Positions 43,558 to 52,231 of a stretch of 54,490 bases of DNA are shown one piece after another. A program made the translations under genes and the position numbers. The stretch covers positions 1 to 54,490 of the forward strand of contig CAYMZN010000004.1 in NCBI GenBank assembly GCA_964394935.1, given 5' to 3'. How positions within the stretch are numbered: the first letter of the stretch is position 1; each line of letters opens with the position of its first letter. The stretch is from an uncultured Candidatus Bathyarchaeia archaeon (GTDB taxonomy: Archaea > Thermoproteota > Bathyarchaeia > 40CM-2-53-6). The notes below the pieces were generated by a model. That model was not told where the DNA came from, searched no databases, and saw only the letters and a program-made list of their open reading frames with translations.

Positions 43558-45113
43558 AGGCGGAAACGACAGGTTATCACGCAGTGTCCTGGAAAGAGCC
43601 GATCGTTTATCAACTGGGCAGAAAGGGTAGAAGAGGCCATCGGGTGCCCGTGGCTGAAGACGATATCCGGGCAGCGATCGGGGACGTTGTATCGCGCATT
43701 CCCAAGAGAATGCAAAGAAAGCACCCTCCAGAGCTACCAGAGCTCTCAGAACCAGAAGTTGTAAGACACTACATCCGGCTATCGCAAGAGACTTATGGCG
43801 TTGATTCGGGGATCCACATGCATGGAACCTGCACAATGAAATACAATCCTAAGCTCAATGAGTCAATCGCGCGGTCACCCAAAATAGCGAACCTCCACCC
43901 TCTGCAGGGCATCGATACCGTTCAGGGTATCCTACAGATAATGTACGAATTTCAGAAGTGGCTCTGCGAGCTTTCCGGAATGCGGGAGTTTTCTCTGCAG
44001 CCGCGCGGCGGAGCTCACGCAGTATTCGGCAATGCTCGAATAATCAAGGCATACCACAGACTGAATGGCGAACTCGAGCAGAGAAAAGAGATAATTACAA
44101 CGGTTCTGTCGCATCCGTGTAACGGCGGTTCACCTGCGGCAGCAGGTTTCGAGGTTGTCACGCTCTATCCTGACGAAGAGACGGGATACCCGGACATAGA
44201 AGCTCTGAAGGCTGCAGTCTCAAGCCGAACGGCGGGTCTCATGATGACCGATCCGTATGATACCGGTATCTTTGACAGCAACCTGGAAGAATACATCAAG
44301 ATCGTTCATGAGGTGGGTGGCCTTGTGGCGATCGATCAGGCCAACGCCAATTGCCTACTAGCCAGACTGAGAATAGGAGATCTGGGCGCGGACCTCTGTC
44401 ACTTCAACCTGCATAAGTCATTTTCCACCCCTCACGGGTCCACTGGACCCGGCAGCGCCGCCATGGGTGCTAACGAGGAATTGAACAAGTTCCTTCCGAT
44501 CCCGATAGTAAGTTTCGACGGAAAGAAGTACTATTTCGAGTACGAGAGACCGCACAGCATAGGGAAACTTGGGGAATTCTACGGAGTTATCCCGAACGTC
44601 CTAAGAGCCTACGCATGGATAATGACAATGGGCGCAGAGGGACTGGAAGAGGCCTCAGAGGTAGCGGTCATAAACAACAACTATCTCATAAAGAAGCTCT
44701 TGAAAGTTCGGGGAGTAAGTCTGCCCTGGCATGAATCGCATCCTTTCAGATTGCAGGAAGCACGATTCAGCCTAGAAGAGCTGAAAGAAGAGACAGGCAT
44801 AGGAATCGCCGATGTGAATCGCAGGATAGTGGATTATGGTCTGCAGGATGTGGAGACGAGCCATGAGCCGTGGATAATTCCGGAACCTTTCACGCCGGAA
44901 CCGCCTGAAACGACTCCTAGAGAAGACCTTGACAAATTCGTCGAAGTACTCGACGCAATCTCTCGCGAGGCATATACGAATCCCGAGATAGTCAAGACCG
45001 CACCTCACAACGCCGCAATATCAAAGATCGACCGAGCGCCATCATTGGATCCCGGGAAGTGGGCTATGACTTGGAGAGCATATCTTAAGAAAGCAAGAGG
45101 TGACGAGGACTGA
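43551..45113 (+). CDS. gcvPB: glycine dehydrogenase (aminomethyl-transferring) subunit 2
   Basis: 520 aa. The PLP-lysine region is CHFNLHKSFSTPHGSTGPG. The ATG overlaps the gcvPA stop (ATGCTAG). Confidence 0.9.
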   Translation: MLEAETTGYHAVSWKEPIVYQLGRKGRRGHRVPVAEDDIRAAIGDVVSRIPKRMQRKHPPELPELSEPEVVRHYIRLSQETYGVDSGIHMHGTCTMKYNPKLNESIARSPKIANLHPLQGIDTVQGILQIMYEFQKWLCELSGMREFSLQPRGGAHAVFGNARIIKAYHRLNGELEQRKEIITTVLSHPCNGGSPAAAGFEVVTLYPDEETGYPDIEALKAAVSSRTAGLMMTDPYDTGIFDSNLEEYIKIVHEVGGLVAIDQANANCLLARLRIGDLGADLCHFNLHKSFSTPHGSTGPGSAAMGANEELNKFLPIPIVSFDGKKYYFEYERPHSIGKLGEFYGVIPNVLRAYAWIMTMGAEGLEEASEVAVINNNYLIKKLLKVRGVSLPWHESHPFRLQEARFSLEELKEETGIGIADVNRRIVDYGLQDVETSHEPWIIPEPFTPEPPETTPREDLDKFVEVLDAISREAYTNPEIVKTAPHNAAISKIDRAPSLDPGKWAMTWRAYLKKARGDED

Positions 45114-45910
45114 AGAAGCTGTCGGGAAAGGTAGCGATCGTTACAGGGGCGTGGCGAGGGATAGGCGCGGGGACAGCGAGAGCGCTAGCTGAACATGGTG
45201 CACAAGTTGTACTTACTGATGTTGCAGATGCGGTTCAAGACACTGCAGAGAAGAATAGGAACGCTGGTCTGAACACTATAGCTTTCAAAATGGATGTCAC
45301 CCGGATAGACCAGGTAGACCATGTCGTTCAGGAGGTGTTGAGTAGGTTCGGGAGGATGGACATACTCGTCAACAACGCAGGAATATATCCGCGCAGTAAA
45401 CTGGTCGACATGTCAGACGAATTTCTACGCCAAATGTTCGACATCAACGTATTCGGCATGTTCAGATGCGCCAGAGCAGTTCTTCCAACAATGATGAAGC
45501 AGAGATATGGAAAGATCGTGAATATGTCCTCTGTTACAGGACCGATGGTCAGTGATGCTACCGGAGGTCAGACCGCTTACGCCGCAACGAAGGCAGCAGT
45601 TTGGGGCTTTACAGTGGCGTTGGCCTTGGAAGTAGCACAGTATGGCATAAATGTGAATTGCATTTGCCCGGGCTACATCGATACTCCGGGAGGCAGAGAG
45701 CAAACGTCAGAGCCCGGCTACCCAGATAGAAGCGTCGAAGCACTGGGGCGCACCATACCGATGTGTAGACTCGGGACACCAGAAGAAGTTGGAGACCTTG
45801 TTGTGTTCTTGGTATCCGACGAGTCGAGGTACCTGACGGGAACGCACATAGTCATTGACGGTGGCAACATACTACAAGAAACATACCGCGGACCCTACAC
45901 TCCCCAGTAG
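45110..45910 (+). CDS. short-chain dehydrogenase/reductase (FabG-like) with no canonical start codon upstream of its Rossmann motif
   Basis: The frame is open from 45104. It encodes LKKLSGKVAIVTGAWRGIG (TGxxxGIG), NNAG, S-x12-YAATK and PGYIDTP. The first ATG/GTG/TTG in frame is at 45290, after the cofactor motif. A CTG at 45110 is preceded by GAGGTGA (45097-45103). Confidence 0.75.
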   Translation: MKKLSGKVAIVTGAWRGIGAGTARALAEHGAQVVLTDVADAVQDTAEKNRNAGLNTIAFKMDVTRIDQVDHVVQEVLSRFGRMDILVNNAGIYPRSKLVDMSDEFLRQMFDINVFGMFRCARAVLPTMMKQRYGKIVNMSSVTGPMVSDATGGQTAYAATKAAVWGFTVALALEVAQYGINVNCICPGYIDTPGGREQTSEPGYPDRSVEALGRTIPMCRLGTPEEVGDLVVFLVSDESRYLTGTHIVIDGGNILQETYRGPYTPQ

Positions 45911-46282
45911 GCTCGAGGCGCCAACAACCAGAAGGCGGAACATCCCCGGTACCTGCTGCAGGACTAGAGTTCGTGGCGGTCGCATGGCCGATCCGCTCAG
46001 CTCACTTTCGGCTTGAACAGCACTCAACTTCAGCTTCATTTTGGCTAGAAATCTGCTCACTTGCCAGTGTTAAACGACAGTGTAGACCTATCCCGCCCCA
46101 CCTTTGCATTCACTTCAGCACATGCTCAAGATCGCCCTCTCAGATTCTGGATGAGGTTGGCGAGTGGCTATCATCACTCCGACGTTCCAAGCTCTGGATC
46201 GAAGTGAGGAAAGCCTTAGGAGAGCGAGTTTATGGCGGAGAGGAGAGACTCGGAAGCCACGAGTCTAACGAGGCGATGAGCA

Positions 46283-46483
46283 GTGAAGTGGGTAATACGC
46301 GAGAACGTTCATGTGGACAGAGTTACCTGCCCGTGGCTGATAAGACGATTTGTTGATCCGGACGCGAGCTTTCTCTTCGTGTCGCCCGAAGAGCTGCATG
46401 AAACTGCTGTAAAGGAGCGCGCTATTCCATTTGATGCTGAGGGATGGGGCTGTATACGGGCTGAAGCTTGCAGATCGCATTGA
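46283..46483 (+). pseudogene. ChrB-like (Chrome_Resist domain) 5' fragment
   Basis: KWVIRENVHVDRVTCPWLIRRFVDPDASFLFVSPEELHETAVKERAIPFDAEG matches the N-terminal third of chromate-resistance-domain proteins. The sequence then degenerates and stops after 66 aa, inside the start of the PadR ORF. Confidence 0.5.
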
Positions 46484-46763
46484 GGAAGCGTCGAAGGGGC
46501 ATTTCAGAGTGACCTATGGGACCATCTATCCATTCCTGCGTCATATTGAGAAGGCGGGGCTGATAAGATCCACGAAAGACGACACCTCGCGAAGGGTACA
46601 CTACGAACTCACGCCAAATGGTAAACGCGCTCTGAGAGGTTTGCTGAATGAGCTCGATGAACATCGAGAAGACTTCGAAGAGAAAATGCTAGGCCATCTT
46701 GCCATCCATCAGGAGATCTTCGGACGACATGGCCTAAACAGACTATTGAACCGAATCAAATGA
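46431..46763 (+). CDS. PadR family transcriptional regulator (N-terminally short)
   Basis: 110 aa with GAVYGLKLADRIEEASKGHFRVTYGTIYPFLRHIEKAGLIRS...YELTPNGKRAL (wHTH plus wing). Helix 1 appears to be missing. Confidence 0.7.
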   Translation: MMLRDGAVYGLKLADRIEEASKGHFRVTYGTIYPFLRHIEKAGLIRSTKDDTSRRVHYELTPNGKRALRGLLNELDEHREDFEEKMLGHLAIHQEIFGRHGLNRLLNRIK

Positions 46764-47065
46764 GGGATGAGGGAGGTCAAGAGATGTTGAATCGAGAGGC
46801 AGTAAGCCGCCATGTAGGAAACATGACTCAACATGCCGTGGCAGAGGCTACCATCCTTCTCTCCATGGCAAATTGTGCTGACATACTATCTCTGCATGAA
46901 CTTGGGGTCCCGCTCAAGCATGGTCTAGGTGCTTTGTCCGATCTACAGGCAAAGCTTGCGACAGCGGCTCTTATGGCGATCCTCGACGGCGGGCCCTCTA
47001 GTTGGTTAGAGCCTATTGCACTGACGAATTCGTCAAGAGTCTGGGTGTTAGGGAGGGCGAGCTGA
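46760..47065 (+). CDS. hypothetical protein, translationally coupled between padR and the ABC ATPase
   Basis: 101 aa. It has an ATGA overlap with the padR stop and a TGATG overlap with the ABC ATPase start. No motif recognised. Confidence 0.4.
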   Translation: MRDEGGQEMLNREAVSRHVGNMTQHAVAEATILLSMANCADILSLHELGVPLKHGLGALSDLQAKLATAALMAILDGGPSSWLEPIALTNSSRVWVLGRAS

Positions 47066-47847
47066 TGAAGCCTATCATAACGACTCATAATCTCACGAAG
47101 AGATTCGGCAATTTCGTAGCCGTCGATCGAATAAATCTAGAAATCATGGAGGGAGAAATTTTCGGGTTCCTCGGGCCGAACGGCGCAGGCAAAACGACCA
47201 CGATAAGAATGTTGACCACGCTTTCGGAGCCAACAGAAGGCACAGCTAGAGTGGCGGGCTTCGATGTTCGAACTCAAGCAGATGAGGTTAGAAGAAGAAT
47301 CGGCTTGGTAGCTGAGAAGCTCATTCTTTATCCTAGGCTTACCGCGGTTGAGAACTTGATGTTCTTCGGTGAACTCTACGGTTTGAATAGAGGTGAACTG
47401 AGACCGAGGATCGATGAATTGCTGAGGATGGTTCATCTGGAGAACTTCAAGGACATGCCCATAGGCAGCTATTCAAGTGGCATGCGGCAACGGCTGAACA
47501 TCATACGTGGACTGCTTCATGATCCGGAGATACTCTTCCTAGACGAGCCCACAGCCCTTCTCGACCCGCAAAGCGTTCGCTTCGTCCGCGACCTTGTGAA
47601 GGAACTGAACGAGGATGGAAAGACAATGATCCTCACCACCCACATCATGGAGGAGGCTGATGAACTATCGCACACAGTTGGCATAATTGACAATGGGAAA
47701 ATGGTAGCTGTGGATGAGGCTGCCTTCCTAAAGAGCAAGTTCAATTGCGAAACCCTGGAAGAAGTCTTCTTAGAGCTCACAGGAAGGACGCTTAGAGACT
47801 CTGCTTCGAGCCGTGTACCAGTGAGAAGAGTTATGGGGAGAGTCTAG
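47065..47847 (+). CDS. ABC-2 type exporter ATP-binding protein (DrrA/CcmA-like)
   Basis: The start is at the ATG at 47065 (MKPIITTHNLTKRFG), preceded by GGGAGGG. Walker A is GPNGAGKTT, the signature is YSSGMRQRLNIIRG and Walker B is ILFLDEP. Confidence 0.88.
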   Translation: MKPIITTHNLTKRFGNFVAVDRINLEIMEGEIFGFLGPNGAGKTTTIRMLTTLSEPTEGTARVAGFDVRTQADEVRRRIGLVAEKLILYPRLTAVENLMFFGELYGLNRGELRPRIDELLRMVHLENFKDMPIGSYSSGMRQRLNIIRGLLHDPEILFLDEPTALLDPQSVRFVRDLVKELNEDGKTMILTTHIMEEADELSHTVGIIDNGKMVAVDEAAFLKSKFNCETLEEVFLELTGRTLRDSASSRVPVRRVMGRV

Positions 47848-47848
47848 A

Positions 47849-49039
47849 TTGACGAGCGGTCTTTCTCAGAGCATATACATTACCTTTCGGATAGCCCACA
47901 AGGACCTTCTTGAGTTCTGGAAAGCCAAGATGCTCATTGTAACCTTCATGACAATGCCTATTCTAATGATGTCCATGTTCGGCTTCATGTTTCCTCAGAC
48001 AACGGGTACAAGCAGCCTGTACAAGAATGCCCCGATGGCCATGGTCGTTGAGGATGATGGATCGCTTGCGATTCAGGTCGCAGACCAGTTCAAGGTGATA
48101 GCGTCCTCAACAGCTCTATTCAGAGTGCAAGATTTCCCGAGTTACCAGTCGGCTAGAGATGGAATTCTGACGGGTACGGTCAAAGGAGTCGTTGTAATAC
48201 CGGCAGGCTTCACCGCGGCGTTCAACTCGCATCGCCAAGCAACCGTTCTAATCACCGTTGATGATACTAACCCTACGATGGCCTCGGTCATCTACGGGGA
48301 AACAGCCTCAATCTTCAGAATGATATCCGACAACTTTGGCCAGTCCATCATATCGAAAATGTGCAGCTCAAGCGATCCATCATTTGTTTCGGAGCCGATA
48401 GGAGTTCAACGTGAGAATCTGATCGGCAGCCCCACAAACACATTCCAGTTCCTAGCCCCAGGTTTTATGGCACTAACCGTGGTGATGGGAACCTTGTCTG
48501 GACTGGGTTCCGCTATCGCGAGGGAGAAGGAGCAAGGTACTATGGACGGCATAATGGCTGCCCCCATATCGAGGAACACTATAGTCGGCGGAAAGATGCT
48601 ATCTCAAACCGTAAGAGGCATGATCCAGGGATTCTTGATCTTGGGATTATCCATGTTGCTCTTCGGTGTCAAGGTCTATGGTAGCCCCTTCCTGATCGTG
48701 GTAGTGATGCTACTGGGGGTCGCTAGCTTCGCAGGCATTGGCATAATAGCCACTTCTATAGCGCCCGAGCAAGAGACTGCAATGATGATGATGATGCTCT
48801 TGCAGTTCCCGATGATGTTTCTGAGCGGTATTCTCTTTCCGATGGATCAATTGCCAAATTGGTTGCAGTTGGTTGGAAAGATGCTGCCTCTATATTATGC
48901 CACTGACGCTCTCAGGAAGGTCATGATCCTTAGTGCAAGCTTCAATCAGATCCTCATGGATGTCGTGGTGCTCGTGCTCTACTCTGTCACAACTCTAGGC
49001 ATAGCAATCCCCATCTTTAGGAAAGCAGTGACCAGGTGA
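47849..49039 (+). CDS. ABC-2 type transporter permease with a large extracytoplasmic loop
   Basis: 396 aa: one N-terminal TM, a loop of about 150 aa, then five TMs including an ABC-2 signature-like region. TTG start 1 nt after the ATPase stop. Confidence 0.85.
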   Translation: MTSGLSQSIYITFRIAHKDLLEFWKAKMLIVTFMTMPILMMSMFGFMFPQTTGTSSLYKNAPMAMVVEDDGSLAIQVADQFKVIASSTALFRVQDFPSYQSARDGILTGTVKGVVVIPAGFTAAFNSHRQATVLITVDDTNPTMASVIYGETASIFRMISDNFGQSIISKMCSSSDPSFVSEPIGVQRENLIGSPTNTFQFLAPGFMALTVVMGTLSGLGSAIAREKEQGTMDGIMAAPISRNTIVGGKMLSQTVRGMIQGFLILGLSMLLFGVKVYGSPFLIVVVMLLGVASFAGIGIIATSIAPEQETAMMMMMLLQFPMMFLSGILFPMDQLPNWLQLVGKMLPLYYATDALRKVMILSASFNQILMDVVVLVLYSVTTLGIAIPIFRKAVTR

Positions 49040-49087
49040 TCACAATCCGATGACAGACGAGAGAGAGAAGGGCGGGTTTCCAGCCGA

Positions 49088-49939
49088 CTAGATAATGACT
49101 CTCGGATACAATCGAGCGGCCAGAACCACCATTAATGTCGTTACGGCCAACAAGACTCCTACATCCACCGCTAGTCCATACACAGTAGTTCCTCCCGTTA
49201 CCATGAGCAGCCGAAGCGCGTCCACCTGGTAAGTCAGTGGGTTGATCTGCGAGATGACCTGCAACCAGGTAGGCATTATTGCGATAGGGTAGATGGCATT
49301 ACTGGCAAAGAAAAGCGGCATTGTCAGCACCTGACCGATGCCCATGAAGCGTTCGCGCGTCTTGACGAGGCAGGCTATGATCAGCGAGAATGTGGAGAAG
49401 AGCGCTGAGCCAAGAAGCACGACCGCCAACACGCCAATCAGCGCCGGCACGGTCCAGTTCAGTCTCACCCCCAACAGAAGCGCCAACAAGTAGATGATGA
49501 TGGCCTGTACCAGTGCACGCTCCGCTGCCGAGAGGGCCTTGCCGAGGACCAAAGCTGCGCGCGGTGTAGGACTGGCCAAGAACTTGTGCAGGATGCCCAG
49601 GTCACGCTCCCAAATGACGGCTATGCCGTAGAAGATCGCTATGAACAGCACGCTCTGAGCCAAGATACCGGGGGCCATGAAATCAAGGTATGACAACTCG
49701 CCTGTCGGGATGGCCCTCACACGTGCCAAGACCTCTCCGAACACCAGTAACCACAATGCGGGCTGTACGGCACGTGTGATCAGCTCGGTCGAATCGTGGT
49801 GAAGTTTGCGTGCTTCCAGTTCAGCGATCGTGAACGTCTTAGCCACAAAGCTGGCGACGACAGTCAGCGGGTTTACCCTCCGCGTCTGTGGCAAGTCAAC
49901 CAAGCCGCCGCGCGACTCTTCTCGTTCTTGAAACCTCAC
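49088..49939 (-). CDS. ABC-2 type transporter permease
   Basis: It has six predicted TMs and follows its ATPase. The start is provisionally the GTG at 49939; the ORF track extends to 49996. Confidence 0.8.
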   Translation of the reverse strand: MRFQEREESRGGLVDLPQTRRVNPLTVVASFVAKTFTIAELEARKLHHDSTELITRAVQPALWLLVFGEVLARVRAIPTGELSYLDFMAPGILAQSVLFIAIFYGIAVIWERDLGILHKFLASPTPRAALVLGKALSAAERALVQAIIIYLLALLLGVRLNWTVPALIGVLAVVLLGSALFSTFSLIIACLVKTRERFMGIGQVLTMPLFFASNAIYPIAIMPTWLQVISQINPLTYQVDALRLLMVTGGTTVYGLAVDVGVLLAVTTLMVVLAARLYPRVII

Positions 49940-50696
49940 GGTAAGTCCCCCCTGATTCCAACACATAACCCGCGTAATGCACGAACACGTCGTCAAGTGT
50001 CGCGCCGTTCTCGTCCAATGATGCCTTGAGTTGAGCAGGTGTGCCGACGGCTACCACCTTGCCTAAGTGCATAATCGCCACCCGGCTACACATGCCATCA
50101 GCTTCCTCCATGTCGTGTGTGGTGAGAAAGATCGTGGTGCCGTAGTCAGCGCGAAGTCGTTCGATGTGCTCCCACACTCCCTTTCGAGCGACCGGATCCA
50201 GCCCCATCGTCGATTCGTCGAGAAACAGGACAGTCGGCCTATGCAACATGGACTGGGCGATCTCCAGTCGTCGGATCATCCCCCCAGAGTAGTTCCGCAC
50301 AAGTTTGTCGCCTGCCTCGGTCAAGCCCATGAACTCTAATGCCTCACGAACACGTGACTCGCGCTCGGATCTGGGGATGTCGTACAGTTTTGCAAATATC
50401 AACAGATTCTCATAGCCGGTCAAAGCACCGTCGGCAGAGACCAGCTGCGGCACGTAGCCGATGACCCGCCTCACCTCAGAGGGGTGGTGGATGATGTCGA
50501 AGCCTGCGACCAGTGCGTTCCCAGAAGTTGGGGGCAAAAGCGTCGTTAGCATCTTGATCACGGTTGTCTTGCCCGCGCCATTGGGACCCAACAGACCGAA
50601 CACCTCGCCGGACTCCACTGAAATCGTCAGTCCATCCACAGCCGTTAGCTCCCCGAAGCGCCGCGTGAGGGCCTCTGCTTCCAGAACTATCATCAC
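49896..50696 (-). CDS. ABC-2 type exporter ATP-binding protein
   Basis: 266 aa. Walker A is GPNGAGKTT, the signature is YSGGMIRRLEIAQS and Walker B is VLFLDES. It has a GTGA overlap with the marR stop. Confidence 0.88.
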   Translation of the reverse strand: MMIVLEAEALTRRFGELTAVDGLTISVESGEVFGLLGPNGAGKTTVIKMLTTLLPPTSGNALVAGFDIIHHPSEVRRVIGYVPQLVSADGALTGYENLLIFAKLYDIPRSERESRVREALEFMGLTEAGDKLVRNYSGGMIRRLEIAQSMLHRPTVLFLDESTMGLDPVARKGVWEHIERLRADYGTTIFLTTHDMEEADGMCSRVAIMHLGKVVAVGTPAQLKASLDENGATLDDVFVHYAGYVLESGGTYREVSRTRRVARRLG

Positions 50697-51163
50697 GTCA
50701 CCGGCCGTCTTTCAGTCCCCATACCTCTCGTTTGAGTGAAGATTGGTCGCAAGATCTGCATCGCTCTGACGACCGTGGCACGTTCTGTTGACGGTAGGTT
50801 TCTGAACAGCTCGCGGAAGTAAGCCTCCGTCGCCTCGCGTGCCGACCAGAGCGTCGCCCCGCCACGAGCCGTGAGGGACAATGTCATCCGTCGACGGTCA
50901 TTGGGATGAGTCTGGCGCGTCGCCAATCCGCGCGTCACCAATCCATCCACCATATTGGACATCGAAGGCAGCGTCAGCCCGATGTGCTCAGCAACTTCCG
51001 ACAGTGATGTGCCCTCGTGGCGGCTCAAGAAGAACAGGGTGCGAAATTGCGGTACCGAGAGGTCTCCTCCTCTATGCCTTCTCAGCTCAGCCCGAATCAC
51101 GCGCATCACTAGCGGGACCACTTCGAGCACCTGCCGCCCACAGTCGTCAGCCGAGAACTGCAT
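50693..51163 (-). CDS. MarR family transcriptional regulator
   Basis: 156 aa with the wHTH LSVPQFRTLFFLSRHEGTSLSEVAEHIGLTLPSMSNMVDGLVTRGLATRQTHPNDRRRMTLSLT. Confidence 0.85.
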   Translation of the reverse strand: MQFSADDCGRQVLEVVPLVMRVIRAELRRHRGGDLSVPQFRTLFFLSRHEGTSLSEVAEHIGLTLPSMSNMVDGLVTRGLATRQTHPNDRRRMTLSLTARGGATLWSAREATEAYFRELFRNLPSTERATVVRAMQILRPIFTQTRGMGTERRPVT

Positions 51164-51309
51164 TCTATGCGCATCCAGATAGTTGGGGATCCTAATAGTT
51201 TCAGTCTCGAAGTATTTATCTCGCTCGGCTCACCCGGAAGGCGGTCCCTGGGGTGTACGAACCCACTTTATCGCTTGGGTTCAAACGCTCCCGCGAAAAA
51301 TGGTGGCCA

Positions 51310-51322
51310 ATGATGTCATCAT
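51310..51322. promoter_or_regulatory. perfect 13-nt palindrome ATGATGTCATCAT in the marR / methyltransferase divergent intergenic region
   Basis: Read directly from the sequence. It lies 147 nt upstream of marR and 49 nt upstream of the methyltransferase start. It is a candidate MarR operator. Confidence 0.3.
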
Positions 51323-51370
51323 CCTTTTAGTGGACATCTGCGCATCCCAGCGGGAGCCGGTTAGGAGCTC

Positions 51371-51856
51371 ATGCCTAGTCTAATGTGGTTTGCATTGGTA
51401 CTCGCAATAGGCGCCGTTTCTGTGATGTGGCCGGAGGCCATAGGCTCGGCTTGGCAGCCCACTTCTATGAAGATCGTTAGGACGATGCTCGAGATGGCTG
51501 AAGTTGGACCAGCTGACATGGTCTACGATCTTGGGTCGGGCGATGGCAGGATCGTTGTCGAAGCCCCTAGGAGGCGCCAGGCAAGGGCGGTGGGAATAGA
51601 AGCAGACCCATTGCGTGTGCTTTGGTCTCGGTTAGTGATAGCGTTGTTAGATCCTTGCAATCCAGTTAGAATTGTGTGGGGGGACTTCTTTCACCAGAAT
51701 ATCAGCGAAGCCACAGTCGTGACTCTATTCCTCACGCAACGAACGAATCAACGGCTGAAGCCAAGACTTCAACAAGAGCCTAGGCCAGGAACTCGGGTGG
51801 TTTCACATGAGCACTCAGCCCTGGCCTGGGTCGAAAGCCTTTGCCGCCTATGGTGA
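51371..51856 (+). CDS. small class I SAM-dependent methyltransferase with an N-terminal TM helix
   Basis: 161 aa with the hydrophobic N-terminus LMWFALVLAIGAVSVMW and motif I VYDLGSGDGRIVVEA. Confidence 0.65.
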   Translation: MPSLMWFALVLAIGAVSVMWPEAIGSAWQPTSMKIVRTMLEMAEVGPADMVYDLGSGDGRIVVEAPRRRQARAVGIEADPLRVLWSRLVIALLDPCNPVRIVWGDFFHQNISEATVVTLFLTQRTNQRLKPRLQQEPRPGTRVVSHEHSALAWVESLCRLW

Positions 51857-51909
51857 GGCAGGTTAAAATGGACAGTCGAGCTATCACCTTGTAGGATAGG
51901 TAGTGTGGA

Positions 51910-52212
51910 TTGGGAAAGAGAAGGGTGCTTTCAGAGGGAGACATTAATCAACTCGTTCTTCCAGGAATGGGCCAGTTGCTTGGGATTGTAACCCAGATGT
52001 TCGGGTACGATCGGATAATGGTGAAATGTTCAGACGGAGCCGACCGAGTTTGCCGCATACGGGGCAAGATGAAGAGGAGGGTCTGGATCAAGGTTGGTGA
52101 TGTGGTCTTGGTTGCCCCTTGGGATTTCCAAACCAGTCGCGCGGACGTGCTCTGGCGTTACACACAGAATCAAGCGCAGGTACTTCACAGCAAGGGCATT
52201 CTTACGATGTAA
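51910..52212 (+). CDS. eif1a: translation initiation factor aIF-1A
   Basis: 100 aa with the S1-like OB core LGIVTQMFGYDRIMVKCSDGADRVCRIRGKMKRRVWIKVGDVVLVAPWDFQ. TTG start. Confidence 0.9.
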   Translation: MGKRRVLSEGDINQLVLPGMGQLLGIVTQMFGYDRIMVKCSDGADRVCRIRGKMKRRVWIKVGDVVLVAPWDFQTSRADVLWRYTQNQAQVLHSKGILTM

Positions 52213-52231
52213 CCCCATAGTGCAAGCCTGC

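Noticed and set aside
48782-48796. (ATG)5 microsatellite
   Set aside because: It lies in frame inside the ABC-2 permease (MMMMM within a TM segment). The triplet period does not shift the frame, so it is not treated as a feature.
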